Position numbers and translations under genes: made by a program. Under the pieces are notes generated by a model, which saw only the letters and a program-made list of their open reading frames with translations, ran no database searches and was not told the origin of the DNA. Positions 1 through 10,893 of a stretch of DNA of 64,000 bases are shown here, piece by piece (the stretch's first letter is position 1; each line of letters starts with the position of its first letter). The stretch is from Sedimentisphaerales bacterium (lineage in GTDB: Bacteria > Planctomycetota > Phycisphaerae > Sedimentisphaerales > SM23-30), in contig CAXXMR010000009.1 in NCBI GenBank assembly GCA_963663805.2, forward strand, positions 224,001-288,000, in the 5' to 3' direction.

Positions 1-1
1 C

Positions 2-553
2 GAGCGCGACACCTTGCCCGCCGACGCCGTAAAAGCAACCTACGATACCTACATGGCCTCCTCGCGCGACCGGGCCGCTCGTCCCTTCGGCACCCGTTCA
101 ACCTATACACCTTACGAAGTCCGAAACATCTCCGCCCTCATCCGCCTCGGTCGCATTGACGATGCTATCATGCTCGCCGATTATTTTGCCGAAGATGCTG
201 TCCGCCCGCTCGGCTGGAACCACATGGCCGAAGTTGTCCACGGCGACCCCCGCACCCCCAGCTATATCGGCGATATGCCCCACACCTGGGTCGGGGCCGG
301 CCTGATTAACGCTCTGCGTGACATGATCGTCTACGAAGAACGAGGTCAACTCGTACTCGCCGCCGCCATCTCCGACCGCTGGCTCGACCAGGGCATCAAA
401 GTTGAAAATCTCCAAACCTGGTACGGCCCCATTTCCTACCAACTCAAACGACAGGCAGCAGGCGAGGTAGTTCTCGACCTTAAATATGCCAAAATGCCAC
501 CTAACGGCTTCAGGGTACCCGAAGGAATAACCCTCAAAGCCTCCCAAAGATAG
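2..553 (+). CDS. 5'-truncated C-terminal part of a probable six-hairpin glycosidase-like protein
   Basis: Frame is open from the window edge (the TTG at 14 is not a real start). WNHMAEVV...YIGDMPHTW motif and a C-terminal beta segment (LQTWYGPISY) resemble (alpha/alpha)6 GH proteins. Next to GH5 and galM. Confidence 0.55.
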   Translation, partial: ERDTLPADAVKATYDTYMASSRDRAARPFGTRSTYTPYEVRNISALIRLGRIDDAIMLADYFAEDAVRPLGWNHMAEVVHGDPRTPSYIGDMPHTWVGAGLINALRDMIVYEERGQLVLAAAISDRWLDQGIKVENLQTWYGPISYQLKRQAAGEVVLDLKYAKMPPNGFRVPEGITLKASQR

Positions 554-710
554 TTTACGCGAACATAAACGCAGGCATCATCACATTCACCTGCAAAAAT
601 ATTGCTAAAAAATATTTTACCCTTTAATCTCCGCGAAATCCGATTATCATAGCTTCCGGTCACGCGAAAACCGCGTCTTTGGCAAGAGAATCGTATTTTC
701 GGAGTATATT

Positions 711-1880
711 ATGATGAAGCATCGTTTTTCAATCATCGCGTTTATATTACTGATTAAGCTGCTGTCCCCCATAGCCTTCGCCGCCGAAGAATCATCCGGC
801 AAGTGGTCAACCGAAAAAGCCTGGCAATGGTACAAAGACCTGCCCTGGCTCGTCGGCTGCAACTTCATACCCTCAAATGCGATAAACCAGTTGGAAATGT
901 GGCAGGCTGACACCTTCGACCCCGCCACTATCGACCGCGAATTATCCTGGGCCCACGATATTGGTATGAACTTTGTTCGCGTCTATCTCCACGATCTTTT
1001 ATGGCAGCAGGACTCTAAAGGGTTCATTGAGCGTATCGACAAATATCTCGAAATTGCCGACAAGCATCAAATTAAGACTATGTTTGTTTTCTTCGATAGT
1101 TGCTGGGATCCCTATCCCAAACTCGGCAAACAGCACGAACCAACCCCTCACGTACACAATTCCGGCTGGGTCCAGTCTCCATCGATTGACATACTGAAGG
1201 ATCTCTCCCGCCACGACGAGCTGAAAGATTACATCGTCGGCATTTTAACTCATTATAAGGATGACTCGCGTATCCTGCTTTGGGATTTATATAACGAACC
1301 CAGCAACACCAATGGAGCTTCTTACAGCAAGCTCGAGCCCAAAAACAAAGACGAACTCTCGCTGGCCCTGCTGCAAAAAGTATTCCAGTGGGCTCGCCAG
1401 GTCAATCCTTCTCAGCCGCTCACAACTTGCGCCTGGCGTTGGAACTGGCAGAAGGGCAAAGCGACTGCACCGACTATAAAATTCATTCTCGAAAACTCCG
1501 ATATCATGACCTTCCACAGCTATTTACCCCCGGAAAAAGTCCAGACTCAGGCCCTGCATCTTCTGGAATATGGCCGACCGGTCATCTGCTCCGAATACAT
1601 GGCCAGAAACCGCAATCTGACTTTCCTGACCATGCTGCCTTTTTTCAAAGAACACGGCATCGGTGCCTGCAACTGGGGTTTCGTGTCTGGCAAAACTCAG
1701 ACCATTTACCCCTGGGACTCCTGGGAAAAGAAATATACCAAAGAGCCCGACCCCTGGTTCCACGATTTGCTCCGTGAAGACGGCACCTATTACCGTTCTG
1801 AGGAAATCAACCTGTTAATAAAAATGCGTCGGGAAATAGAATCCGAAAAAGTAGCTCAGCCAGAAAAAGTAAACGAATAA
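711..1880 (+). CDS. Secreted glycoside hydrolase family 5 (cellulase-family, GH5_13-like)
   Basis: Signal peptide; GCNFIPSNAINQLEMW, WDLYNEP (acid/base Glu), CSEYMAR (nucleophile) and WGFVSGKTQT motifs. Confidence 0.85.
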   Translation: MMKHRFSIIAFILLIKLLSPIAFAAEESSGKWSTEKAWQWYKDLPWLVGCNFIPSNAINQLEMWQADTFDPATIDRELSWAHDIGMNFVRVYLHDLLWQQDSKGFIERIDKYLEIADKHQIKTMFVFFDSCWDPYPKLGKQHEPTPHVHNSGWVQSPSIDILKDLSRHDELKDYIVGILTHYKDDSRILLWDLYNEPSNTNGASYSKLEPKNKDELSLALLQKVFQWARQVNPSQPLTTCAWRWNWQKGKATAPTIKFILENSDIMTFHSYLPPEKVQTQALHLLEYGRPVICSEYMARNRNLTFLTMLPFFKEHGIGACNWGFVSGKTQTIYPWDSWEKKYTKEPDPWFHDLLREDGTYYRSEEINLLIKMRREIESEKVAQPEKVNE

Positions 1881-1954
1881 AACCCCAAAACAAAAGTCCG
1901 AAACGCCAACGCAGGGACTGCCCGTAATTTTTATATTAGCGAAAGGATTTTATA

Positions 1955-3091
1955 ATGATTATTAATGTCAGCAAACTCACATTCACATCACTTCTGATTG
2001 CTTTACTGACCACAGTTTCACTGGCAGGTCAGTTGACTATCACCCAGCAGCCCTGGGGCCAACTCGAAGACGGCCAGCAGGTGGTTATTTACACCCTCAC
2101 AAACGCTAACGGTGTCAAAGCCCGTATTACCAATTTTGGCGCTCATCTGGTCTCGATGGAAGTCCCCGACCGCGACGGCAAGATTCAGGACGTGACCCTC
2201 GGCTTTGATGATGTTGAAGGCTATGTAAATTGCGATTCCTACCTCGGTGCCACCGTAGGCCGCTACGGCAACCGTATCGCCAAGGGCCAGTTTGCCCTTT
2301 ATGGTACCAAATACACCCTCGCTGCCAACAATGGTGTCAATCACCTCCACGGCGGCATCAAAGGTTTCAATAAAGTCCTCTGGGCCAGTAAATCTTTCCT
2401 GAAGTCCGATTCTGTCGGAGTTGTCCTGACCTGCCTTAGCCCAGACATGGAAGAAGGCTACCCCGGCGACCTCACCAGTGTCGTCACCTATTCGCTCGAT
2501 AACGACAACGCCCTCAAGATCGAATATGAAGCCTATACCGACAAACCAACTCCCATCAACCTTACCCACCACAGCTACTTCAATCTGACCGGTGACGCTC
2601 GCAACACCATTCTCGACCACGAGCTGATGTTAGCCGCCGACCACTATACCCCGGTCGATGAAACCCTCATCCCCACCGGCGAAATACCGGTTGTCGAAGG
2701 CACACCGATGGACTTCCGCGCCCCCGAAAAGATCGGGGCCCGCATCAATGACGATTTTCAGCAACTCAAGTTCGGCCTCGGCTACGACCATAACTGGGTC
2801 TTACGCAACCAGAGCGGCAGTTTAATGCTCGCCGCCACCGTTTACGACCCCCAATCAGGCCGACTCATGGAAATCATGACTACCGAGCCCGGTATCCAGT
2901 TTTACGCTGGCAATTTCCTCGACGGCAGCATAATCGGCAAAAACAACCAGCCCTACAACTACCGCTGCGGCTTCTGCCTCGAAACCCAGCACTACCCCGA
3001 CTCACCCAACCGCAAGGATTTCCCCTCGGTAATACTCCACCCCGCCCAAAAGTACACCCACACATGTATATACCGTTTCTCAGTTAAATAA
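1955..3091 (+). CDS. galM: Aldose 1-epimerase (mutarotase) with N-terminal signal peptide
   Basis: GATVGRYGNRI, NHLHGG, NLTHHSYFNL, GYDHNW and CLETQHYPDSPN motifs. Confidence 0.95.
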   Translation: MIINVSKLTFTSLLIALLTTVSLAGQLTITQQPWGQLEDGQQVVIYTLTNANGVKARITNFGAHLVSMEVPDRDGKIQDVTLGFDDVEGYVNCDSYLGATVGRYGNRIAKGQFALYGTKYTLAANNGVNHLHGGIKGFNKVLWASKSFLKSDSVGVVLTCLSPDMEEGYPGDLTSVVTYSLDNDNALKIEYEAYTDKPTPINLTHHSYFNLTGDARNTILDHELMLAADHYTPVDETLIPTGEIPVVEGTPMDFRAPEKIGARINDDFQQLKFGLGYDHNWVLRNQSGSLMLAATVYDPQSGRLMEIMTTEPGIQFYAGNFLDGSIIGKNNQPYNYRCGFCLETQHYPDSPNRKDFPSVILHPAQKYTHTCIYRFSVK

Positions 3092-3191
3092 CTCAACTTT
3101 TGCAAAAAGCACTTACAACTCATCAAATCTTAATCTTATTTAATCTTTCGTCTCTCAGGCCCGTCCGTTATAATTCCCCTCGACAATATTA

Positions 3192-4511
3192 ATGCTGTTA
3201 GCTTCACTGAAGGAATTACTGCCTGTGCCGCCCGAAAATCCGAGCGAACAAAAAATCCAGGGTCGACTCGACAAAGTCAGTCTCGACCTTAAAAGCGTAA
3301 AAAAAACTACCGAACTGCTTACCAGTCCCATGGATTTGCAGCAGGTTTTGGAAATGGTCACCCAGACCATCGCCGAGGCCGTCGGTGCAGACGCCGCCGG
3401 TCTACGCCTGCTCGATAATGAGACCGGAGCTTTGGTACTTGCTGCTACGTATGGACTTAGCGACGAATACAAGAGCAAGGGGCCGGTAAGCGCCAAGGAA
3501 AGCGCCCTCAATCAGCGTATTCTGAACGGCGAGGATATTGTCGTTGACAACATGCAGACCGACCCCAATTTCTCACGCTATCGCGATGAAATCAAACGCG
3601 AGGGGCTTGTCAGTAATATGAGCATCGGCATGATTTATCACGATAAAGGGATTGGTATCTTACGGATTTACAGTCGTCAGGTCCGTCACTTCTCCACCGC
3701 GGATGTTTCCTTGGCCCATACCGTTGCTTCTCAGTCGGCCTCGGCTATTGTCAACGCCCGGCTGTACAAGCAGGCGCTGGAAGGCGACCGTAAAGCCCGC
3801 CAGTTGCGATTAGCTGGTGCCGTTCAGCGTCAGCTCATCCCCCGGCAGGCCCCGGAAGTCTCCGGTATCGAACTCGCCGGAATATATGTTCCCTGCTACG
3901 ATGTGGGCGGTGACTTCTATGATTATATCGAACTTCCCGACGGCAGACTGCTGGTAACTATTTGTGATGTAATGGGTAAGGATGTGCCTGCCTCGCTGCG
4001 GATGGCCTCTTTGCGGGCCTCGCTGCGGGCCTATTCCGAGAGTTTCGAGACCCTTGACAAGCTTGTGGTTTCTCTAAATCAGGCATTTTGTCGGGACAAC
4101 AATACCGGCGATTTCGCGACTCTCTTTGCCAGTGTTTACGACCCTCGCAATAGCAGCCTGACTTATTGCAATGCCGGCCATAATCCGCCCATCCTGGTCA
4201 GGGATGGCCAAAATTGTTATTTGCCCGAAGGCGGCATGATTCTCGGCGTAATGCCCGAAAATGAATATAACGCCTATGAAATCCCCCTCAATACCGGAGA
4301 TTTACTGCTGCTCTATACCGATGGGCTGGCTGAAGCGGTGAATTTTGAACGGGAATCTTTCGGCACGGACCGGCTTGTTCAGGCCTGTATCAGTTCGGCA
4401 TCCATGAACGCCAAAGATGCCGCCCGCAATATTCTCTGGTCGATGAGGAAATTTACTGGGCTGACCATGCGCTTTGATGATACTGCCCTGGTCGTTATTA
4501 AAAAAATCTAA
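3192..4511 (+). CDS. GAF domain + SpoIIE/PP2C Ser/Thr phosphatase (RsbU-like)
   Basis: N-terminal GAF; VGGDFYD, CDVMGK, NAGHNPP, YTDGLAE and DDTALVV motifs. Confidence 0.9.
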   Translation: MLLASLKELLPVPPENPSEQKIQGRLDKVSLDLKSVKKTTELLTSPMDLQQVLEMVTQTIAEAVGADAAGLRLLDNETGALVLAATYGLSDEYKSKGPVSAKESALNQRILNGEDIVVDNMQTDPNFSRYRDEIKREGLVSNMSIGMIYHDKGIGILRIYSRQVRHFSTADVSLAHTVASQSASAIVNARLYKQALEGDRKARQLRLAGAVQRQLIPRQAPEVSGIELAGIYVPCYDVGGDFYDYIELPDGRLLVTICDVMGKDVPASLRMASLRASLRAYSESFETLDKLVVSLNQAFCRDNNTGDFATLFASVYDPRNSSLTYCNAGHNPPILVRDGQNCYLPEGGMILGVMPENEYNAYEIPLNTGDLLLLYTDGLAEAVNFERESFGTDRLVQACISSASMNAKDAARNILWSMRKFTGLTMRFDDTALVVIKKI

Positions 4512-4602
4512 AAGCTCTGCTTAACCGCACTTTTTCTCCGATAATGCGTAGTGATAAATAGTTACGGCGACATTGCCTTGAGATTGCCCCCCGGTTATTT
4601 GC

Positions 4603-4632
4603 TTGACGATACCCCGCAAATGACCATACAAT
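4603..4632 (+). promoter_or_regulatory. Putative sigma70 promoter for the pilus operon
   Basis: TTGACG-N18-TACAAT in the intergenic region upstream of 4859. Confidence 0.4.
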
Positions 4633-4858
4633 ACAGTGCTACGGGTATGGCCGCATAACGCAGCGTGGGCAGATCAATGTTATATTGGTCACAATTGAGG
4701 GGTAGCCTGCCGACTGCCGATGAAATAAAGCAACCTGATATTTAGGTTTCGGGACCACCCTTTTAAGAGGCGTTTACGGGTTTATTGTACTCGCATTTAG
4801 CCTTAACTGGTTGATTTTAAACAAGTTACTTTGTGAACAATTGGATCGGGAGCCTTAA

Positions 4859-6574
4859 ATGGCAAGAAATCGTAAGAATCTCGGCGATATTCTGGTCGCC
4901 TGGGGAGCCATCGACGCCGAGAGTCTGGCCAAGGCCCAGGACAGTGCCGACGCCACCAATCGACGACTCGGCGACTGCCTCGTGGAAATGGGACTGGTCG
5001 ATCAGGAGCAGGTCACCAAAGCGATGGCCACCCAGTTCGATATGGAGTATGTGGACCTCGACCAGGGAGTGGTTGACCGTACCGTGCTGGACCTTATCCC
5101 CGAAGATCTCATCCGCCGGGAGTTGGTCCTGCCGATGGCCAAAGAGAACGGTCGCTTAAAGGTCATCATCCACGACCCTTTGAATCTCGACACGCTGGAT
5201 ATGTTGAGATTCCGTCTCAATACCGAGATTGACACGGTTCTAGCCAGCAAAGATAAAATCAAACGCTACATCGACACTTTCATGGACAAGCTGGGCTCCT
5301 CCATTGATGCCACGGTTGATGAGCTTCATAGTTCGATAGACGCTTCGGTTGACCTTGATTCGCTGGATATTTCTCAGCTGGATGATGAATCAGCCCCGAT
5401 TATCAAGCTGATAAACCGTATAATTGACGAAGCGTGCAAATTGCGAGCGTCTGATATTCATATCGAACCCATGGCTGACCGCGTCCGGGTTCGCTATCGT
5501 ATTGACGGTGCTTGCATCGAGCGTGACAAGATTCCTAAGCAACTGCAACCTGTTGTAACTACTCGTTTTAAGATTATGTCTGGTATGGACATCGCTGAGC
5601 GGCGCATCCCTCAGGACGGTCGTATCAAAAAGAACGTCGGGGGCACGGACATTGATTTTCGTGTCAGTGCCTTGCCGGGCTATCATGGTGAAAGTATCGT
5701 TTTACGTATTTTGCGGCCTGACGCGGTGCGTATTGGTATTCAGGCGCTGGGTTTTGCTCGGGACGATTTCGAGCGGTTCGAGAAAATCATCAAGCGTCCT
5801 AACGGTATTTTCCTGGTCACCGGCCCGACCGGTTCTGGTAAAACCACTTCACTTTACGCCGCTCTTCAGGACCTGAACAGACCCGATAAAAAGATTATCA
5901 CCGCTGAAGACCCGGTCGAGTACAACTTTGCCGGAATGAACCAGTGCCAGGTGCGTGCCGATATCGGCTTGACATTTTCGGCGATTCTCCGTTCTATGCT
6001 GCGTCAGGCACCTAACATTATCCTTGTCGGTGAAATTCGTGACGTTGAGGTAGCCGACATCGCGATTCAGGCGGCACTTACCGGACACCTGGTATTTAGT
6101 ACACTTCACACCAATGACGCACCCAGTGCTATGACCCGTCTGGTGGATATGGGCGTTAAGCCGTTTTTGGTCGCCAGTGCCGTACAGGCCGTCATGGCCC
6201 AGCGTCTCGTACGTCTTATCTGTCCGGAATGCCGAGAAGTGGACCCCTATCCCGACGAGCAGGCTCTGCGTCTGCTTGGCTTCAAGAAGAGTGACCTGGC
6301 CAGCAAGCCCGTTTATAAAGGTGCTGGCTGTTCACGCTGTCACGGCTCCGGCGCCCGCGGACGTAAAGGTCTCTTTGAGATGATGATTATGAACAACGAA
6401 ATCCGCGAGCTGGTCTTTAACGGGGCGCCCACCAACAGGATTCGCAAAGCAGCGATCGCCGGAGGCATGAGAACGCTTCTGGAAGACGGCAAGTTAAAGG
6501 TTCTCGAAGGTATCACTACTATTCAGGAAGTAGCCAAGCACGCTCAGGAAGAAATTGTGGAGTTCGGGGCTTAA
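4859..6574 (+). CDS. pilB: Type IV pilus/T2SS assembly ATPase (PilB/GspE), copy 1, with N-terminal MshEN-like domain
   Basis: Walker A GPTGSGKT, ASDIHIEP, EDPVEY, LRQAPNIILVGEIRD, TGHLVFSTLHTN, CxxC...CxxC zinc motif, N-terminal RLGDCLVEMGLV. Confidence 0.9.
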   Translation: MARNRKNLGDILVAWGAIDAESLAKAQDSADATNRRLGDCLVEMGLVDQEQVTKAMATQFDMEYVDLDQGVVDRTVLDLIPEDLIRRELVLPMAKENGRLKVIIHDPLNLDTLDMLRFRLNTEIDTVLASKDKIKRYIDTFMDKLGSSIDATVDELHSSIDASVDLDSLDISQLDDESAPIIKLINRIIDEACKLRASDIHIEPMADRVRVRYRIDGACIERDKIPKQLQPVVTTRFKIMSGMDIAERRIPQDGRIKKNVGGTDIDFRVSALPGYHGESIVLRILRPDAVRIGIQALGFARDDFERFEKIIKRPNGIFLVTGPTGSGKTTSLYAALQDLNRPDKKIITAEDPVEYNFAGMNQCQVRADIGLTFSAILRSMLRQAPNIILVGEIRDVEVADIAIQAALTGHLVFSTLHTNDAPSAMTRLVDMGVKPFLVASAVQAVMAQRLVRLICPECREVDPYPDEQALRLLGFKKSDLASKPVYKGAGCSRCHGSGARGRKGLFEMMIMNNEIRELVFNGAPTNRIRKAAIAGGMRTLLEDGKLKVLEGITTIQEVAKHAQEEIVEFGA

Positions 6575-6617
6575 CAGGAATTATTTGCTATTTTGTAATC
6601 TACGAAGGTATTGATAT

Positions 6618-7739
6618 ATGGCAACCGTACATATTGACAGGGTTTTGGAAACTTGTATTAAGCAAGGTGCGTCTGACATTCATTTGGTAACCGGTCGTCC
6701 GCCGGTGCTGCGTCTGCATGGCGGATTGCGGAGTCTGGAAACCAAGGTGCTGGACCCGGATGATACCGTCGCTCTGATGAAGGCCATCACCCCGGACCGT
6801 AACCAGCATGAATTGCAGGAGGCCGGCTCCACGGACTTTGGTTTTGCTTTTGGCGACAAAGGTCGTTTCCGTGTTTCGGTTTTTCGTCAGCGTGGCCATC
6901 TCAGCCTCGTATTGCGGCTGATTCCCAACGAGTTGCTCAGTTTCGCTCAGATTGGTTTGCCCAAGAATATCGCCGGCCTGTGCCGTCGTCCTCAGGGGCT
7001 TTTTCTGGTAACCGGCCCGACCGGTTCTGGTAAAACCACCACGCTGGCAAGTATGATTAACTTTGTGAACGAAAATCTCGACCGGCATATCATCACGGTC
7101 GAAGATCCTATCGAATATTACCAGTATCACAAGAAATCTATTATCAATCAGCGGGAGGTCGGCACCGACGTGGCCAGTTTCGCCGAAGCCGTCAGGCGTG
7201 CTTTGCGGCAGGACCCGGACGTCATTCTCGTCGGTGAGCTTCGAGACCTCGAAACCATCGAAACTGCCGTACGTGCCGCTGAAACCGGTCACCTGGTATT
7301 CAGTACCCTGCACACCACCGGTTGCCAGGGTACCGTAACCCGTCTTATTGACGCCTTTCCGGTTAATCAGCAGGAGCAGATTCGTGTTCAGCTTTCGACC
7401 AACCTTATCGCGGTACTCAGTCAGACTCTTTGTCGGAAGATGGGCGGTAAGGGTCGCGTTGCCGCTTATGAATTCATGATGATTACCCCGGCTATCTCCA
7501 ACCTTATCCGGGAAAACAAGACCTACCGTATCGACTCGGCTATCCAGACCGGTGCTAAATTTGGTATGCAGCTTATGGACGACCACCTTTGGCGGCTGTT
7601 CTCGCAGAAACTTATCGATTCCGAGGAATTGATTGACAAGGCCCGGCGTCCCAACGATATGGAAGAAAAACTCAAGCAGTTCCAGAGTGGCCTGATGAGC
7701 CAGCCCAAACCGGGCCAAAGGGGAGATAAACCCGCATAA
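6618..7739 (+). CDS. pilT: Type IV pilus retraction ATPase PilT
   Basis: GPTGSGKTTTLA, NQREVG, ALRQDPDVILVGELRD, AETGHLV and AISNLIRE (AIRNLIRE variant); 373 aa. Confidence 0.95.
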   Translation: MATVHIDRVLETCIKQGASDIHLVTGRPPVLRLHGGLRSLETKVLDPDDTVALMKAITPDRNQHELQEAGSTDFGFAFGDKGRFRVSVFRQRGHLSLVLRLIPNELLSFAQIGLPKNIAGLCRRPQGLFLVTGPTGSGKTTTLASMINFVNENLDRHIITVEDPIEYYQYHKKSIINQREVGTDVASFAEAVRRALRQDPDVILVGELRDLETIETAVRAAETGHLVFSTLHTTGCQGTVTRLIDAFPVNQQEQIRVQLSTNLIAVLSQTLCRKMGGKGRVAAYEFMMITPAISNLIRENKTYRIDSAIQTGAKFGMQLMDDHLWRLFSQKLIDSEELIDKARRPNDMEEKLKQFQSGLMSQPKPGQRGDKPA

Positions 7740-7816
7740 TGGAACAGCCTTTGCCCAGACTGGGCGACTGCCGACTGGACACGTATAATCTGTTGAGCTT
7801 TTTGAGGAAGTAAGTT

Positions 7817-9562
7817 ATGGCAGCAATGCCCCCTGTAAAACAGCTAAAAGGAAGACCGCTGGGACGAGTACTCATCAAGATGGGTAAGCTCACCCGCGAG
7901 AAGGTCCATCAGGCCCTGAAGGTCCAGAAAGAGTCCGCCAAGGCTGTGCCCATTGGTCAGGTACTCATCAACCTGGGATATATTACCGAGCCGGAGCTGA
8001 ATCTCGCTCTGGCGTTCCAGTTGGGCATGGAATATATTGACCTCGACAACTATGATGTCAACGACAACGTTATTTCCCAAATCACCGCCCAGATGGCCAT
8101 GACCTATCGGGTTCTGCCGGTTGAATATGACGCCCAGACGAACCTGCTCAAAATCGCTATTGACTCTGCTGATAATTTCCGGGCTACCGACGACCTGCGT
8201 ACTCTGCTTGGCTTCAAAGTCGAAGCACTTATCGCCGACAGCGAGGCTCTCGAAAAAGCACTGCAACGTTACTACAGCGGTTCCGAAGAAAGCATTAATG
8301 AGCTTATCGGCGAACTTACCGATGACGATTTTCTGGCTGAGTTCCAGGGACGCGGCGAGAGTATCGACCTGAGCGAGCTGCGCGAGATGGCCGATTCCAA
8401 CCCGGTCAAAAAGCTGCTCAATCTGGTACTCTTGCAAGCTATTCGCGACAAAGCCTCCGATATCCACTTTGAACCGTTCGAGAACGAATTCAAAATGCGC
8501 TACCGTATCGATGGTGTGCTTTACGAAATGGTGCCGCCTCCGGCCCATATCGCGGTCGCTCTTAGTTCGCGTATCAAGGTTATGGCCAACCTCGACATCG
8601 CCGAACGCCGACTGCCTCAGGATGGTCGTATTCCGCTGGTCGTACAAGGCCGCCAGGTTGACTTGCGGGTATCTGTACTGCCTACCCTTTTTGGAGAAAG
8701 CGTCGTGCTTCGTGTTCTCGACCGCAGTCAGGTCGAACTCGACCTCGACCGCCTGGGGATGGCCCCCAAAGACCAGGAAACTTTCCGCTGGCTTATCAAT
8801 AAACCAAATGGCATTGTACTCGTTACCGGACCGACCGGTTCCGGTAAAACCACTACGCTCTATTCCGCACTCAGTGAACTAAATACCATTGATCGCAAGA
8901 TTATCACCACCGAAGACCCGGTCGAATATGATATTGACGGCCTTATCCAGTGCCAGATTCGCTCCGAAATCGGACTTACCTTTGCCCGCTGCCTGCGTTC
9001 TATTTTGCGTCAGGACCCCGACATCGTACTCGTCGGTGAAATTCGTGACATCGAAACCGCCAGCATCGCCGTAGAAGCGTCACTGACCGGTCACCTGGTG
9101 TTCAGTACCATTCACACCAACGACGCCCCCGGTTCCGTCGCTCGTTTGCTCGATTTGGGTATGGAGCCGTTTTTAATTACTGCGACCCTGGAAGGTGTGG
9201 TCGGCCAGCGGCTGGTCAGACGTATCTGCAACAACTGCAAAACGCCTTTCGACCCTACCGAAGAAATGCTCATGGAGCTGGCCCTGAGACCCGAAGACAT
9301 CGCCGGCAAGCAGCTTTATTATGGCCGCGGCTGCGACTACTGCAACAATACCGGCTATAAAGGCCGAATGGGTATCTACGAAATGATGACACTCGACGAT
9401 GAAATGCGCGAGCTTATCATGAATCGTGAGTCTACCGCCGTACTCCGCGAAAACGCCCTCAAAAAGGGCATGAAAACACTACGCGATACCGGCATCGCCT
9501 CACTCTACGAAGGATTGACAACCATCGAAGAACTCGTAAGAGAAACCGTGACCGAGGATTAA
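7817..9562 (+). CDS. pilB: Type IV pilus/T2SS assembly ATPase (PilB/GspE), copy 2
   Basis: ASDIHFEP, DIAERRLPQDGR, GPTGSGKTTTLY, LRQDPDIVLVGEIRD and tetracysteine motif. Confidence 0.9.
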   Translation: MAAMPPVKQLKGRPLGRVLIKMGKLTREKVHQALKVQKESAKAVPIGQVLINLGYITEPELNLALAFQLGMEYIDLDNYDVNDNVISQITAQMAMTYRVLPVEYDAQTNLLKIAIDSADNFRATDDLRTLLGFKVEALIADSEALEKALQRYYSGSEESINELIGELTDDDFLAEFQGRGESIDLSELREMADSNPVKKLLNLVLLQAIRDKASDIHFEPFENEFKMRYRIDGVLYEMVPPPAHIAVALSSRIKVMANLDIAERRLPQDGRIPLVVQGRQVDLRVSVLPTLFGESVVLRVLDRSQVELDLDRLGMAPKDQETFRWLINKPNGIVLVTGPTGSGKTTTLYSALSELNTIDRKIITTEDPVEYDIDGLIQCQIRSEIGLTFARCLRSILRQDPDIVLVGEIRDIETASIAVEASLTGHLVFSTIHTNDAPGSVARLLDLGMEPFLITATLEGVVGQRLVRRICNNCKTPFDPTEEMLMELALRPEDIAGKQLYYGRGCDYCNNTGYKGRMGIYEMMTLDDEMRELIMNRESTAVLRENALKKGMKTLRDTGIASLYEGLTTIEELVRETVTED

Positions 9563-9640
9563 AACTGACATAACCATGAAGCGCAAGCGACATGATAAAC
9601 ATTGGAACATTATTCCGAAAATTTGTAACGGAGTATAGTC

Positions 9641-10879
9641 ATGCCAACATTTCAATTTGAAGCCATGAACGCCCAGGGCCAGGAGATTCGCGAGGAAATC
9701 GACGCCCTTAGTTCCGAAGAAGCCATCGCCAAGATAAGGCAGATGGGCTACTTCCCCACCAAAATCAAGGAACGCGGCGCCCGCAAAGGCAAAGAAGCCA
9801 AAACCCCCGGCGCCGCCAAACGCCAACGCGGTTCGGGCGGTAAGGTCGGGGTTAAGATTTTGACCCAGTTTACTCGTCAGCTCAGTACGCTTCAGGACGC
9901 GGGGTTGCCGATTTTACGTTCGCTGCGTATCCTCGAAGAACAGCAGAAGCCCGGCACCCTCAAAAAGGTCTGCCACGGTGTCGGTGACGATGTTGAGGCC
10001 GGTGCCACACTTTCCGAAGCTATGCGTAAATTCCCCCGCTGTTTCAATGACCTTTATTGCAACATGGTCGCTGCCGGTGAAGCCGGTGGTGTACTCGACG
10101 TAATTCTCAATCGTCTCGCCGAGTTCATGGAAAAAGCCGCCAAGCTCAAAGCTAAAATCAAAGGCGCTATGGTGTACCCTATCGCGGTACTTACCTTCGC
10201 CATTGGTATTGTTATGGGTATTATGATTGTCGTTATTCCCAAGTTCCGTACCATTTTTGACGATTTCGGCACTGAGCTTCCCGGCGTTACCGTCGCCCTG
10301 CTGAACTTATCCAACTGGCTGTCTCAGCAGTACGGCTGGGCCTATATCCTCGGCTCGCCCATTGTCGTCATGCTCACTTTGCGATTGATAAAAATCAGCG
10401 AGACTGGCCGATTTGTCGTCGATACCGGTGTTTTGAAAATACCCATGGTCGGTAAGTTGGTAAGTCAAACTTCCATCGCTCGATTCACTCGAACGCTGGG
10501 CACGCTTATCGCCGCGGGTGTGCCGATTCTGGAGGCACTCAATATTACCCGCGAGACCTCCGGCAACGAAGTCTTCCGCCGGGCTCTCGGCAGTGTTCAT
10601 GATAATATCCGCAAGGGCGAAACCTTCGCCGAGCCTCTCCGCAAGGCCCGTGTTTGTGACCATCTTGTTGTTAATATGATTGACGTCGGTGAGGAAACCG
10701 GCGAACTTGATAAAATGCTTATCAAAATCGCTGACAACTACGACGATGAAGTCGATACCGTCGTCGCCGCCCTCATCTCCATGATGGAGCCGGTACTCGT
10801 TATCGTACTGGGCGGTATCGTAGGTTTTATCGTTATAGCACTGTTCATGCCCCTGGTGCAGCTTATGTCCAGCTTCTAA
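9641..10879 (+). CDS. pilC: Inner-membrane platform protein PilC/GspF
   Basis: FTRQLSTLQDAG, MVAAGEAGG, MIDVGEETGEL and MEPVLVIVLG; three TM helices; follows pilB. Confidence 0.95.
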   Translation: MPTFQFEAMNAQGQEIREEIDALSSEEAIAKIRQMGYFPTKIKERGARKGKEAKTPGAAKRQRGSGGKVGVKILTQFTRQLSTLQDAGLPILRSLRILEEQQKPGTLKKVCHGVGDDVEAGATLSEAMRKFPRCFNDLYCNMVAAGEAGGVLDVILNRLAEFMEKAAKLKAKIKGAMVYPIAVLTFAIGIVMGIMIVVIPKFRTIFDDFGTELPGVTVALLNLSNWLSQQYGWAYILGSPIVVMLTLRLIKISETGRFVVDTGVLKIPMVGKLVSQTSIARFTRTLGTLIAAGVPILEALNITRETSGNEVFRRALGSVHDNIRKGETFAEPLRKARVCDHLVVNMIDVGEETGELDKMLIKIADNYDDEVDTVVAALISMMEPVLVIVLGGIVGFIVIALFMPLVQLMSSF

Positions 10880-10893
10880 CGGAGAAAATAAAT

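Noticed and set aside
4660..4730. c-di-GMP-I riboswitch upstream of pilB
   Set aside because: GGTAGC...TGCCGA resembles the 3' end, but the GGCAAAC/GAAA/GACGCAAAG core is absent. An Infernal search would settle it.
6600..7718. 372-aa antisense ORF over pilT (likewise 24588-25673, 32217-32912, 7844-8647, 57700-58473 and other shadow ORFs)
   Set aside because: They fully overlap well-supported genes on the other strand, show no motifs, and are explained by codon bias.
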